Source: Octopus sinensis
Taxonomy: Eukaryota
Assembly: GCF_006345805.1 (NCBI RefSeq)
Contig: NC_043020.1
Coordinates: forward strand, 3,100,001 to 3,164,000
Length of the DNA stretch: 64,000 bases
Direction: 5' to 3'
How positions within the stretch are numbered: position 1 is the first letter of the stretch; each line of letters starts with the position of its first letter. The notes under the pieces are model-generated. The model saw nothing but the letters and a program-made list of their open reading frames with translations, ran no database searches and had not been told where the DNA came from. This document shows, piece after piece, positions 13,893-27,699 of the stretch. Position numbers and translations under genes: made by a program.

Positions 13893-14384
13893 TACACAGT
13901 ATCACATTGGGTCAACATAAATACAGAGAATAACAGGAAAAAAATAGAACAAATCCAGTATGTGTTTGGAAATAAACTTCTGAAGCTGCTTAAAACACCC
14001 ACTGATCAAATGTGTAAGACATGAATTTTTTAAAAATGAACCTAACTCAGGAGCAGTATAAATGGATAGTAAATACACACAGAATTCATAGTTAATATCT
14101 TAATTCCTTTAAAACTGCTCTTCTCACACCACTCTGCTATTCATCTTTATGTGATTAGTTCAAGTGATTCCCCAGTAATATTTTGATGAAATCTTGCAGG
14201 AGAAATAATTCTTTCCTCTATACAGAGTGTATTTATGAGATAGCTGGGTAAGTAAATAATGAAACATACAGCCCCTGAGACACTTGTGTAATTCTACAGT
14301 GGAATTGTATATATATTGGTAAAAATAGTAAGATAACAAAAGAAAGAAAGAGACCTCAATATTATGTAAATAGAGGAAATTTAT

Positions 14385-14540
14385 CTGTAAAATAATATGT
14401 GACAATTATTCGGTAGCCAAGATAAAACTCTGAGAGATGGCCAGATAACCGAAGAGATGGTGTTGTGGATTTCCACCTCGGCATCTGAAACTCAGAGTTT
14501 TATCTTGGCTACCGAATAATTGTCACATATTATTTTACAG
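14385..14540. mobile_element. Foldback element: perfect 50-bp inverted repeat enclosing a degenerate hammerhead-like motif
   Basis: 14385-14434 is the exact reverse complement of 14491-14540. On +, 14439-14510 reads ggccagataa CCGAAGA gatg..gtgg attt ccac..catc t GAAA ctc a gag TT ttatcttggct. Confidence 0.7.
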
Positions 14541-14562
14541 TGGAATTATATATATATATATA

Positions 14563-14863
14563 TGTAAACATTATTGAATACATATACACAATGCATGAGT
14601 TTTGCTAGTTCGCAAGTCAGCTGTGATTCGATGTGGTGGAGGTGACCCTCTCAAAGTGCTGATGTTAAAACACCTGAAATAATGGCAAAACATCATGACT
14701 TGTGAATGGGACTTGGGGTAACTTGTCTCACCTGTCTATGAATATGACTTTCAGGTGTTCTAACAGCCAGCACTTTGAGAGGGTCACCTCCACTGTGTTG
14801 AATCGCAGCCGACTGGCAAACTAGCAAAACACATCTATTGTGTATGTGTATTTAATGTTTACA
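14563..14863. mobile_element. ~300-bp MITE/foldback with ~115-bp imperfect TIRs
   Basis: 14563-14679 is the reverse complement of 14749-14863, including the exact block gtggaggtgaccctctcaaagtgctg. Confidence 0.8.
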
Positions 14864-14894
14864 TCACTTGCACTGCTTCTAATTCATATGTTAA

Positions 14895-14895
14895 G

Positions 14896-14926
<31 letters not shown>

Positions 14927-14943
14927 TATATGTATGTATGTAT

Positions 14944-14977
<34 letters not shown>

Positions 14978-15021
14978 CATGTAGTATATATATATATATT
15001 ATATATATATATATATGTATG

Positions 15022-15054
<33 letters not shown>

Positions 15055-15080
15055 ATATAGATATATATATATATATGTAT

Positions 15081-15113
<33 letters not shown>

Positions 15114-15173
15114 TATATATATGTATGTATATATATATATATTATATATAATATATAATATATATATAATATG

Positions 15174-15249
<76 letters not shown>

Positions 15250-15287
15250 TGTATGTATATATATATAATATATAATATATATATATG

Positions 15288-15378
<91 letters not shown>

Positions 15379-15435
15379 GTATATATATATATATATATTA
15401 TATATATATATATATAATATATATATATATATATA
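14895..15435. repeat. Long compound (TA)n/(TATG)n microsatellite
   Basis: Seen directly. Similar tracts at 61810-62195, 62690-63040 and 63425-63570, plus many shorter ones. Confidence 0.97.
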
Positions 15436-17851
15436 GGCATACTCAAACACACAGACATGTGTATGTGTAAACATAGGTGAGTGTGTGTATAGATGTATAT
15501 GTTTATATGAATGTCTATGTATGTGTAAGAAGATTCTTGAAAATAAAAAATGTAGGGGACGGAAGTCAAACATGCTTAGCTAATATTTGTTAGTAAACGT
15601 AAGGTTTTCCATATTTAAGATTTAGGTGGAGGGTGGGGGATAAATCTAAAAGCCCTGCTCGTTACTTAGCAACTATTGGGTGCAGGATTGATTTTTGTCA
15701 CATATATTTCATCTATTTTTAAGTTAAGCTGATACAAACAAAATAAATAGTAGATGAAGTAAAATCCACATTGCTTCATGAAATTGTGAAGTAAGATGGA
15801 AGAAGGTGAATGAAGTAAAAAAAAAAAAATTACACAAGAAAACTTTCCAACTGGAAAAATAAATGAAATATAAAAAAAAGAAACAAAATGAAAATGTTAT
15901 CGATTTTTTTTTTTAAACAAACCTGAACAAAATATGTTGATTGCATCAAATGTATATATGATTAACATGCAGCATTAAAAATTTGGTCCCTATCATCATC
16001 ATCATCATTTAACGTCCGTTTTCCATGCTAGCATGGGTTGGACGGTTCGACCGGGGTCTGGGATGCCAGGAGGCTGCACCAGGCTCCAGTCTGATCTGGC
16101 AGTGTTTCTACAGCTGGATGCCCTTCCTAATGCCAACCACTCCGTGAGTGTAGTGGGTGATTTTTACATGCCACCGGTACAGGAGCCAGGGGAGCTATAC
16201 ATGTATTTCATTGTTCTCATTTACTTGTGTTGATATTCATTTTTCTGCACAGTATGGGTTGGACAGGGACTTGTTAAAAGCAAGATTCATTCTCTCTGTT
16301 TTTTTCTCCATGGATTACCAAGAAAAAATATTTGAGAAAATTAAAAATGAATTTGGTGTGGAGAGGGAGAAATTAAAATATTGAGAACGTGTTTTGTGGG
16401 TGAAATCCTAATGTCCTGCATTGGAAACATAGAAATCAGAAGAAATTTAGGAAAAAATAGTGTGAGGGAGCAGAAATGTCACCTTGGACATGCTAGAAAG
16501 AATAGGTAAAGTATAGGATTTCTGGGAAAAATTTCTTTTAAGTTTATATCAAAGATCAGGTTTTTAAATATGCTCATCACAAACACAAATTACACAATAG
16601 AAAAAGATAATTTCAATTGGATTTGAGCTTTAAATTTGCACATACACACTGCAAGAAATAGCATAATTCACACAGAAGTTTTACCTAGAGTGTGTGAGTA
16701 TAAGCATGTGTGTGTGAAAGGAAGTTATTTTATGGCATTCTTTTGTTTGAAGAAACAAAATTATCAACTCGACAAATGGGGGATCATATGATTGTTCATT
16801 AATTTCTGCAAAATTCTTTTAATTTATTTATTCTTTAAAGAAAGCAGAAATTGAAAGAGAGGATAAAGAGAAAATGTGACATTTGCTTTGAAGTGAAAGT
16901 AAAAGAGAGGAGAAAGTGAAAGATGTATATGTATATGAAATGGATGTGTGTGTGTGAGAGAGAGAGTGGTGTTTGTTGTGATGTATGAATTTTTTTGCAA
17001 GTATATGTGTCACTCACTTGCTCTCTCTCTCTCTCTCTCACACACACTTTTCATATACACATACATAAATAGGCAGAGGTAAAGAATACATACACCACCC
17101 GTTTTCGGCATAACATAACCCTAAACACCAGGTGTGCTTATTCTTTACCATCGGCCATAAATGCATATGCATACATACATCTTTTCTGTGCATGAGAGAG
17201 AGAGTGATTATATCTCCTCATAACATATAGAGAAATGGATGTCTTTTAAAGCAATTTTTGGGGGTTGTGGCTTATTTTAATACAATATTTATGTGTACAA
17301 TTTCATAAATGTTTGTCTGAGTAGAATTTTATGTGTGCGTGAAACATCAGATGAAAGTGAATCATTAGAAGCAAATTGAAATATTGTCCAAAAATGACCT
17401 AAAAATTGTGCGACCCAGCCTAGTTGCCAAGGTTATTTTAGTTGTAAAAAAGAGTTGTTGAGTGAAAAACATAGTTTATTTGGTAGATAGATAATAAGCA
17501 GGGGGGTTTTGTTTTGTTATAACTCTCAAAGTTGTCAACAAACTGTCATCTAAATCAGCTGTTTTGTTAATTTCTGTAATAATTTTTTATTTACTTTTGT
17601 TTTAAAGTGAAAGAGAGGAGAAAGTGAAAAATGTATGAACATGTATATGAAGTGGACGAATGTGAGAGAGAGAGAGAGAGAGAGAGAGAGTGAGTGCCAC
17701 TTACACATACACGTGAACACACACGATCACTCACTCACTCTCTTTCTCTCTCACACACATGCACATGTACATACAAAAAAGATGTATGCATATGTAGTGA
17801 TGTAGGTACGTATACATAACACACCCCTTTAGTCACTCTCTTTCTCCCTTC

Positions 17852-17882
<31 letters not shown>

Positions 17883-20524
17883 GTCCATTTTATATACATG
17901 TACATACATCTTTCATTTTCTCCTCTCTTTCACTTTAAAACAAAAGTAAATAAATAAAAAAAATTTACGGAAATTAACGAAAGCACATGACAGCTCTGCA
18001 AGTCAAAACGAAAGATCACCTGAGCAACTTTAATATAATACAGATGTGACTAATTCAGAGAAACATTACTTTGATTATTTATACATCGTCAGTCTTGTAA
18101 TCGAACACTGTAATTTTGGTTCTAATTAAAAGCATGAAACTATTTTCACTTTCTAATGAAACCTGGTCACTGTAACTTTCGATATCATCACGTTTCACTG
18201 TTGGGTGGAGGGTAAAGTCACACGCATAAACTAAGATGCACACCTCAAGCCTGTCTCTGTTCCTGTGTGTGTGTGTGTCTGTATCTTTAGATGTGTGTGT
18301 TTGTGTGTGTCAGTTGTCACAAAAATGTATGTATACTGACAGACACAAACACCATCGCACACATATACTTGTCAGTCATCAGCCTAACATACATAACAAA
18401 CATGTGAACGCACTCATATAGAAAATGTGACATCATCGTCGTTGTGGTGGTGGTAAAAGATGTCGTTTAGGATAGGTGATTAAAAGAAAAATGATAATAT
18501 TAAATTCTTGTAATGCAAATACATGAATGAAAATATAGTTTAGTTGGTAGCCAAAAGCTTACTGAATCTTTTGATACCCCATACATCAAAATCGGCAACT
18601 CTGTTTTGGAATGCATAAGGAACACACACACACGCAAACTCTAAATTTTGAGTTAAAATTATGCTGTACCTATCCGTGAATAAGTACCAGTAAAACCAGG
18701 TTGGATGTGTACTATCTTGAATATAAATCTCAAAAGAGCTAATTTTCATTCTTCTGACATCTTCAATGCCTCAAAGATATTGATGAATTATTTCAACATA
18801 TTAATTCTAATGAAATAAAATATTTATCTTAAGCTGGAATCCTTCCAACAAAAAGAGATTAGAAAAATGCATATTTTAATTATTTTAATTCTGTGAAATT
18901 GATTTGAATGTCATGTGAAACAGAGAAATTAAAAGAATTAAGATTTTTTTTTTTTTTAACAAATTTTATACATTATTTATTTAGCATTCCTTCTTTTCTA
19001 GTTAAATTCATTATTCTTATACATTGCACGTGTGTGTGTGTGTGTGTATTGTGAAGGTATTTGTCCTAGCAGTCAGAGTGTTGTGCTCATGAATGTAAGG
19101 TCGGGGGTTTCATACCTGAGCTGGTGGTGTTCATTGTCCTTGAGCAAGGTACTTCATTTCATGTCACTCCAGTTCAGTTGGTTGACTATAAGTACCACCA
19201 CTACCACCAGAGGCTGAGGTTAACTTATAGGGGAGTGGCATCCCATTGAGGAGGAATCTTCAAGGGTATCGAAATTTAACATTGACTGTCAGCAGAAAGA
19301 GTACTCAATGCCATAGTAGAGATTAATATCTTTATTTTGGGTATGTCAGTCTCTTGCTATTTTGGAGTTTTACCTGTGTCTTTCACAGAGTCATAAGGCA
19401 AGTTATAAGAACATGGAGTCTGACTCAACCAAATCATATTCTCTCTTCAAGACTTGAAGACAGATTATAATTACTAAGCACTGAAATAGATCTACCAGAC
19501 ATATCAAGCCTAAACTACTTTTTATTTAAAAAGGACAAATCTGATACTGCAGTTCTAGATATATTATGCCTGAAAACAAGACAGGATGGTCACTGATGGA
19601 ATGCTTTTGATCATGTCTAAGCAATCAGCTGATCTGGAGTTAAACAATTCAACACCCTTTAAGCCTCTATATGGTGGCTTGACCTGCAAGAAACAGCAGG
19701 CAAATCTTCATATCACACCCTACATATTGTATTTCTAGATACAAAGTCCAACCCATGCTAGCATGGAAAGCGGACATTAAACGATGATGATGATGAAAGT
19801 ATGAAACAAGCAACTAGATGGCCATGGTTGGAATGCTCAATCATAATTTTACACAATTGGCTCTGACCAGGATAGGTGCATAAAAGAGTAACAACTGAAA
19901 ATAAGCAAGAAGCTTGCTTCCCAACCACATGGTTCTAGGTTCAGTCCCACTATGTAGCATCTTGGGCAGGTGACTTCTACTATAGCTTCAAGCTGACCAA
20001 ATACACGTAAGATGAGATGGTCCTGGGTGGAATGCTTTTAGTCATAGGTATACTCAATCAACAGTTTTCCCAGGGTTAAACAACAGCAGCGTCTCTTTTA
20101 TTGACATGACGTATGCAGTGACAGAAGTGGCAAGGAATTAATCCAAATGCAGCTGATGTGAATGAATTGCTATTTAATTATGGACCAGCTGCAGGTGAAC
20201 TGAATGGCAGCAACATGTGTGTGGGTGGTCTACAGAAACAGTTGCAGTTGATCAGAATAGAGGATGAGGGTCTGAACAGGAAATTACTGACAATTACAGT
20301 CAAAAATTATATATGTATTTATGCAAATGTGCATGTGTGTGTGTGTATAGCGAAAGTAAAGAATACATACACCCAGTGGCTAGGGTTAGGATTACATGCA
20401 GATTTTAGCATTATTTATTGCATTTTGAATTATATGATCCCAAATATTATTTTTTAAAATATGTCCATTTTAAACTGAAGTATATGTACTAAAGATACTT
20501 ATTGACTATACATTCATAATGTCA

Positions 20525-20760
20525 TAAGGCGGTGAGCTGGCAGAAACGTTAGCACGCCGGGTGAAACGCGTAGCCATATTTCGTCTGCCGTTACGTTCTG
20601 AGTTCAAATTCCGCTGAGGTCGACTTTGCCATTCATCCTTCCGGGGTCGATAAATTAAGTACCAGTTATGCACTGGGGTCGATGTAATCGACTTAATCCG
20701 TTTGTCTGTCCTTGTTTGTCCTCTCTGTGTTTAGCCCCTTGTAGGTAGTAAAGAAATACA
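20525..20760 (+). mobile_element. tRNA-derived SINE (second family), well-preserved copy
   Basis: A box (gagctggcagaa) and B box (gagttcaaattcc); core gaggtcgactttgcc.ttcatcct..ggggtcgataaattaagtaccag. Decayed copies at ~25170-25330, 25540-25740, 30040-30420, 36890-36960. Confidence 0.78.
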
Positions 20761-21829
20761 TACATTCGTAATGTCCTTTTACAACACAGATTCCTACACA
20801 ACACTTTCACAATATGGATGGTGTTGAAAGGCTTGCATACTACAAAAGGGACAAAAGAGCAGCTCAAAACAAGGGAAATTATCAACAGAAGAAAGAAGGA
20901 ATATTACAAAAGCAAAGAGCAAGATAGGCAGAGAAAAGGGATGCAGAGAAAAAGGATGCCATGAAAAGGGGAGGTAGACTAACAAGAGAAGACATTGGGA
21001 ATGAAGCAAAGAATGCAAAGGAAAGGGAGCAAAATGCTCGATTATCGGGCAAAGTGCAAGGACCAACAGGCTTCTCACGAGAAGATGATGATGAAGAAGA
21101 GATAGAGGGTGGCTAGGTATAGAGCAAAGCAGAGGGGAGCAAAGTGTCACACCTAGGATATCAACTCATGTCAACATAAATCTCAAAATTCATGACTGTA
21201 TCATTTATGTTTAAATATGTGGAGATATAGGTCTGTGTAGTCAGACATATATGTGTATATGCAATCTTGAAAGTTGCAGACTTCCTGAGAGTACAACACA
21301 TTTGCATTGGTTGACTCTGCATCTAGACAAAGAGTTACTGCTAAACATTACGCCACACAAAATACGATTAAATTAGATATGAAAATATTCACAACATAAC
21401 TAATCTTTTATAGACTTCCTACCCTAACTAAGCCATCCTTTCAGAAAAAACACCAGCTTAATCAACGAAATGGTATTAATAGCTCAACTCAACTGAAAGA
21501 TTAAAAAACACAGATGAAGAAGAACCCGCCAGTGATAAACTAAGACAAACTTCCTGATTGTTGAGAAAGAAATAGAAAACTGGAGCCAATAGGAAAATCC
21601 ATAAATGATGACATCATTAACATGCAGCAATCCTATAATTCCTGTTTATTATAAAATGGTAAGATGTGTGTGTATGTGTGTGTATGTGCGTGTGTGTGTA
21701 AAATGTGTGTTTGTGTGGAGTCCATGTATGTATGAGAATTGCCTCAACTTTCATAAATGAATAAATTTTTACTACACACTTTGGTTATTTTTCTCTTTTT
21801 AGTTACTCTACTCACACACCTGAGTGTTT

Positions 21830-21901
<72 letters not shown>

Positions 21902-22689
21902 TGTGTGTGAGTGTGTGTGTGTGTGAGTGAGTGAGTGAAAAGAGGAAACCTAACAATGCAGAGATGAAAGTTGAAAAGCCGTTATGTATTTTGGGCACAA
22001 TGGCCCATTTTCAGAGGTGTACAGTCAAAGGAATGTGCCAAAGTAGATCCTACCATTGGGATAGCTGGATGGGCAGTGGCCCCATTTTAGTTCAGTGATT
22101 GTGCTAGGAGAGGCAGCTCCCCAAATGATGTATTGCTGGTGCTGTAGATGTCACACTGAGGGCAGTGGTGGAAGACAGGCTGTAGGTAGGTAGTGGTGGT
22201 GGTGAAGGTGGTTGTCAATGGGTGATGGTGTTGTCTACAATGGAGTTGTTAGCAGTGGTGGTAAATGTCATGGTTGTAGTCAGTGACAGCGTTGGAGGTA
22301 TACCACCTTGTGGTAGCCATTGACAAGTTGGTGCTGGCAACACCAACAAACTTCATCATGGCAAACAATGGCAACGGTAGTAGCCATGCTGACAGCAAAA
22401 ATGATGCTTGTATCACTGTCATAGTGATGATGTTGCTAGTCATGGTCACAGTAATGTAAGGGGCTGTTGGTAAATTATAGGAGCCACTGGCCCAACTCCA
22501 ACTGACTATTAATCTTCAGGTTAAGCTGGTAGATCAATAAGGATTCCTTGATAAGGAGATTTCTTGTATTCCTCTCTATGGTCAGTATGGAAGCATCTCT
22601 CTTTGGTGGTGTTGCCACATTTGACTAAGTGCTTGTAGAAGACACATTGGTGGTCAGGTGTTCTTTCAGTTGGATCGTACTATCAATGT

Positions 22690-23100
22690 CATACTCCAGT
22701 TGGAGAATAGAGCACTCAGTACTTGCTGCTCACGTACCTGCTTCAACAGGTATCTGGACAACATCTTCATGCTCACTATATCCCAGCAGAATGCCTCTAC
22801 AATACTGAAAAGCTTCAATGACATGGACCAGTACATCAATTTCACCATCAAATACCTGAATGACGATGGTTCCCTCGCCTTACTTGACTTTCATTTAAGA
22901 ATCACAGACAGAGGAAGAATCAACACTGTGTTCTACCAAAAGGCAGCCTGCCGAGACCTCTTCATCAATTACAAGTCAGCTTGTACATAAAGAGAATGCC
23001 TGTATACACAACAGATGCAGTGATGATGCCAACCGGGACACACAGACTGCACTTTCATAGTTAAGAAATTTGCTGAACAAATAACTTTATTCTGGTTTCC
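22690..23100 (+). mobile_element. Penelope-like element reverse transcriptase remnant
   Basis: FNRYLDNIFML..FNDMDQYINFTIKYLNDDGSLALLDFHLRIT..INTVFYQKAACRDLFINYKSA matches the PLE RT YVDD region and thumb (KFT.E...L.FLD..FY.K). Confidence 0.82.
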
Positions 23101-24194
23101 CACTGAGATGCACCATGGTAAATGTCATCTTTCATAACTCCAGGTTGTAAGTGAAATTAAATAGATGGAAACTGTATGGAAGCTCTTATTCTCATATGGC
23201 AGACTTAATCTCTCCCCTGAATTAACATCACTACCTGGTTCTCAGATGCCTTTAGCAGAGTCTAATCTGCTGTAAATATCCAAGCCCAGTTGTAAACATC
23301 CGGGCTGAAGAGAACTTCCTTGTACTGGGCCCTAAAAAAACAAAGTTGCAGGTGCTACCCTTCTTTTTCTGACTAAGTCATTAAAACTTCTAGTTCTATG
23401 AAACAAATCTGTTTTAAAGATCTTCCACCATAATTCCATTTAAGAGCCTTTAATTACATTATCACACACATCAGTTTAATAAACTAATAAATGAAACTAG
23501 TTATTTTACATCTCCAAATTCTTGATTATTTTAAAAATCAACTAAAATACAGGCAGAAAATATTTCATTAATCAATTCATTTATTTCATTAAAAGTTATG
23601 GTCATTAAATGGTTAAAGGAATCTTCAAAGAAAGTAATATGCAAATACAGCAAATTATCTACATACATGTATTATCTATTTATATCACGGTAAGTTGTCT
23701 ATACATATGTATATTCAGTAGATTATCTGCCATGTATTTAGATATATTTTGTGAATACAATAATCATCTGTATTTTTGTAGATTATATATATCATTTGCT
23801 GTGTGTATATAGATCATCTTCCATGTATATAGCTTATCAGGAGTCCCCACCACCCCTTGCTGGAGCCTCGTGGAGCTTTTAGGTGTTTTCGCTCAATAAA
23901 CACACACAACGCCCGGTCTGGAAATCGAAACCACAATCATCCTACTGCAAGTCTGCTGCCCTAACCACTAGGCCATTGCTCCTCCACTATATATACATAT
24001 ATATATACATGCAGGTGGCACGTAAAAAGCACCCACTACACTCACAGAGTGGTTGGCGTTAGGAAGGGCATCCAGATGTAGAAACACTGCCAGATCAGAC
24101 TGGGCCTGGTGCAGCCTTCGGGCTTCCCAGACCCTGTTCGAACCGTCCAACCCATGCTAGCATGGAGAACGGACAAACAATGATGATGATGATA

Positions 24195-24238
<44 letters not shown>

Positions 24239-27200
24239 ATATATATATATGAGTAAGTATGTATATGAGTAAGTATGTATAGGTTAATCCACTCCCCTGC
24301 AGCAATTTAATTTGACTTTTTCTGCTGGGGATGTTTTATGTTTTATGTGTATGTTTCGACACATGCACATAGATGCAGACACACACACACTGCATACAAA
24401 ATGCATTTCCAATATGTTTATAATTTAAAAAAAAAGCTGTACTCCATGTATAGTGCTGCTACTACGTGCAGATGTCTATCACCTGCATCAAAAGGTACAG
24501 CTGAAATTGATATTGAATATGTGGAATGAGTGAAAAATATAGAAAAAGAGATATGTGTATGTGTGAGAGAGAAGGGGTGCATGTATGAGTGTGTGTGTGA
24601 GAAAGAGAGAGAGAGAATGACTTGAGGGCAGATGTATGTGTGTGTGTGTGTGTGTGACTCGTTTATCTTTTTATTTTCCCTCTTTTGTTCTTGGCAGATA
24701 CATATAAGGTGGTGATTATGGTAATGACGAGGAAACTGATGATAATAACGATGGCAGTGACATCTGCCATTAAGTCAAATTCAAGTTGGCTTAACCAACA
24801 TTTCTTCAACAAGGTGATGTTATATGGGAATTGCAGCCACAGTGGCAACGCTTGATAAGGTAAATTGATAAATGAACAAGAGGCAGTGTTTTGTTTACTC
24901 TCATTACTTTTTTTTCTTGTTTTTGTTGCTTTCCTAAATAGTCCAAACAGGAAGCAAAGAATACAGCAACAACAACAACAAAACCAACTGCCAAGGTCAT
25001 ATTAAAACATTAGTTAGCTTGCCAGTTTGTTTACTAACAGACACATTTAAGTTTTCTGCTTCACTAATCCTTTTCTCCCATCTTCCTCATCTTTGCAAAT
25101 ATCAGCTTCTTCTATTTGTTTTGTTCTATTTTGTTTTTCTTTTTATTACTGAAGATGTTTTTGTCAGAGCCTCAACTGGCAGAGTCATTAGAGTAGCAAG
25201 CAAATGCCTTTAGAGGTATTTGTTCCAGTTTTTTTGCATTCTGAGTTCAAATCCTACCTAAATCAACTTTTCCTTTCATCATCCGTTGATGAAATAAAAT
25301 ATCAGTCAACCACTTAGAGCTGGTTCAATTCTCTCACAGAATTGTTTGCCCAGCATGACGTGAAGAACTTAGGGGACCACTCACAGCATTCCATTTCCCC
25401 ACAACTGCCATTTCTTCCAATCACAGAGAAAGTATATGCTCAGTGAAGTGTTGGTAGAACATGGTAAATGGTGAAGAAGGCAGTGAGTTGAATGTGAGGT
25501 TCTGCTGCTGACTTTGTTAATATTATTATCATCATCAAGGTGGCCAACTGGCAGAATCACTACCGCACCAGAGAATGTGCTTAATAGCATTTCTTTGAAC
25601 TCTTTACATTCTGAGTTCAAATGCCACTGAGATCGACTTTGCCTTTCAACCTTTCAGGGTCAATGAAACAAGTACTAGTTGAACACTGGGGTCAATGTAA
25701 TCAACTTCCCCTTCCCCTCAAAATTGCAAGCCTAGAAATTAGAAAGAAAATATTATCATCCTATTTAATGCTTCAACAAAAGCGACAACAACTACTTGTG
25801 GATATGCATAACCTTCATCAAAGAGCAATATTTCAGGCTGATATTTGAATATGTGGAAATTATGAGATAGAGAGTGATTTAAAGTGTCAGTAACACAAAG
25901 TAAGCATTTGAATAGGTTGTCCACTCTCTCTCTCTCTCACAAACTTAGTCCAATATTTCAACAAGAGGAGTTACAAACAAATGATGAAGAACATGCAACA
26001 GTAATCAACAATCATATCTGAAATGTTATTTAGTGATGTTCAGCTAAATGTTAACAACAAACAAGGCAAAACAGTTGCTGTTCTTCCTCTCCTTTCTGCT
26101 CTTTTACTACAAAACAATTGGCTTCTCAAACACAAGGCCATTTTGCTGTTGTTTAGAAAGCAGGTTTAGCAGATCTGTCTAATAAAAAAAAAAAAAAGAT
26201 TTCCAAGAAGCAGATTACATGAGAAAGTAAACCAAAATGAACATTTTGTTAATAAAATTGTTTATGTACACACATACACACACACACACAAACAAACACA
26301 CACACACACGAGTAGATGCACTCAACACTTCCATTCAGGTTTTGGCTCATTGTTAATCATGGAGAGAATGGATAAACAAAAGAAAGTGACACTCCACACA
26401 TTCGGCAGGAGTTACATATATTATTTAAGAACAATTTGATTTGGCTCTGGGCAACTTAAAATTTTATAGGTTCGTAGAAACCAAATAAGAGAGACCAAGA
26501 TTGCTTCTGGATACTGGACTGCTATTGGTCAACACAGGTCACATAATGCTATTAATTTGGTAGCGACATCACTTCCAATTCCGTATTCCAATCTGAATTC
26601 TTAGGACTACATGCTAAGAGAGGATGTTGGTGGGAACTCTGTCTAGGAAGTGGGATTTGGTTTGTTAGGAACATTAATCTGTTGGTCTGTGTGTATAACT
26701 TGATGTGTGCATATGTATCTTGTACATCTGTGTGTGTTGGTGACATCAGAGATTTTGGGTAACATAATGAAACAGCAAAAACCTCAGGCTGCCCACGCAC
26801 TATTCAAGTTACCATCAATTTTAACCACCAACTTTTTATGTATCCCCAAAGCATCAGACTCTTACCCCCAGACTTCAATGTTTATCAGAAGGCCTCCAAC
26901 AAAGCAAAACGAAGCAATTATTCAAGCTAAGGGAAACCACAAGAAATATGAACAATGTACAGTAACTTCTTGAAATGAACATTATGTATTAAATTTTCAT
27001 TATAGACATTTTCCTGTTTTAAAACACTCTATCTTGACTGGTTTGTGTGAGGTGACTGAAAACTTTTGCCTAACCATTTTTGGTGGTCGTACCACATCTT
27101 CCCCTCTCATTCAGAACCCCTACTACAAAATATAATTAGGTATGGAAATGACTCCAACAGAACCAATGTTTCATCTGAAAAAAAATGCAATGCGAAACGT

Positions 27201-27622
27201 CCACTTACAAGTTGGCAATTAGTAGAAATTTACAATAGTTTAAAGTAGCCAAAGACTTTTGCATGGCACCGTGTATGTTAATGCAATTGAAACAATAGTT
27301 GGATTTTTAAGGTGAAATCTAAAATAAAGATATAATTTTCTTTGTGGATATTTGTTGTTGTGTATATATCCTCATTTAACATGCACACTGTTTATGCTGA
27401 TGTCCAATTCTACACACAAATGCACCCTCCTCCTCTATATCATCACTAGCTTCAATTAACTTTTAAACCATGTAATAAATATTACATTCCCCCTACCTCA
27501 TGTCATGGACGCTTCTCTCTCCCTCTTTTTCTTTCACCTTCTGTCTCTTCCGCTTATCCTCTTTTTCTTTCTCTTTCCTTTCAACAAATCGTCAAATTTA
27601 ACCCAACACCCTGTACATATAT

Positions 27623-27699
<77 letters not shown>

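Noticed and set aside
14840-15573. Long YIYI/HTHT ORFs here and at 2872-3672 (distal part), 57-58 kb and 61.7-63.6 kb
   Set aside because: Stop-free translations of (TA)n/(CA)n microsatellites.
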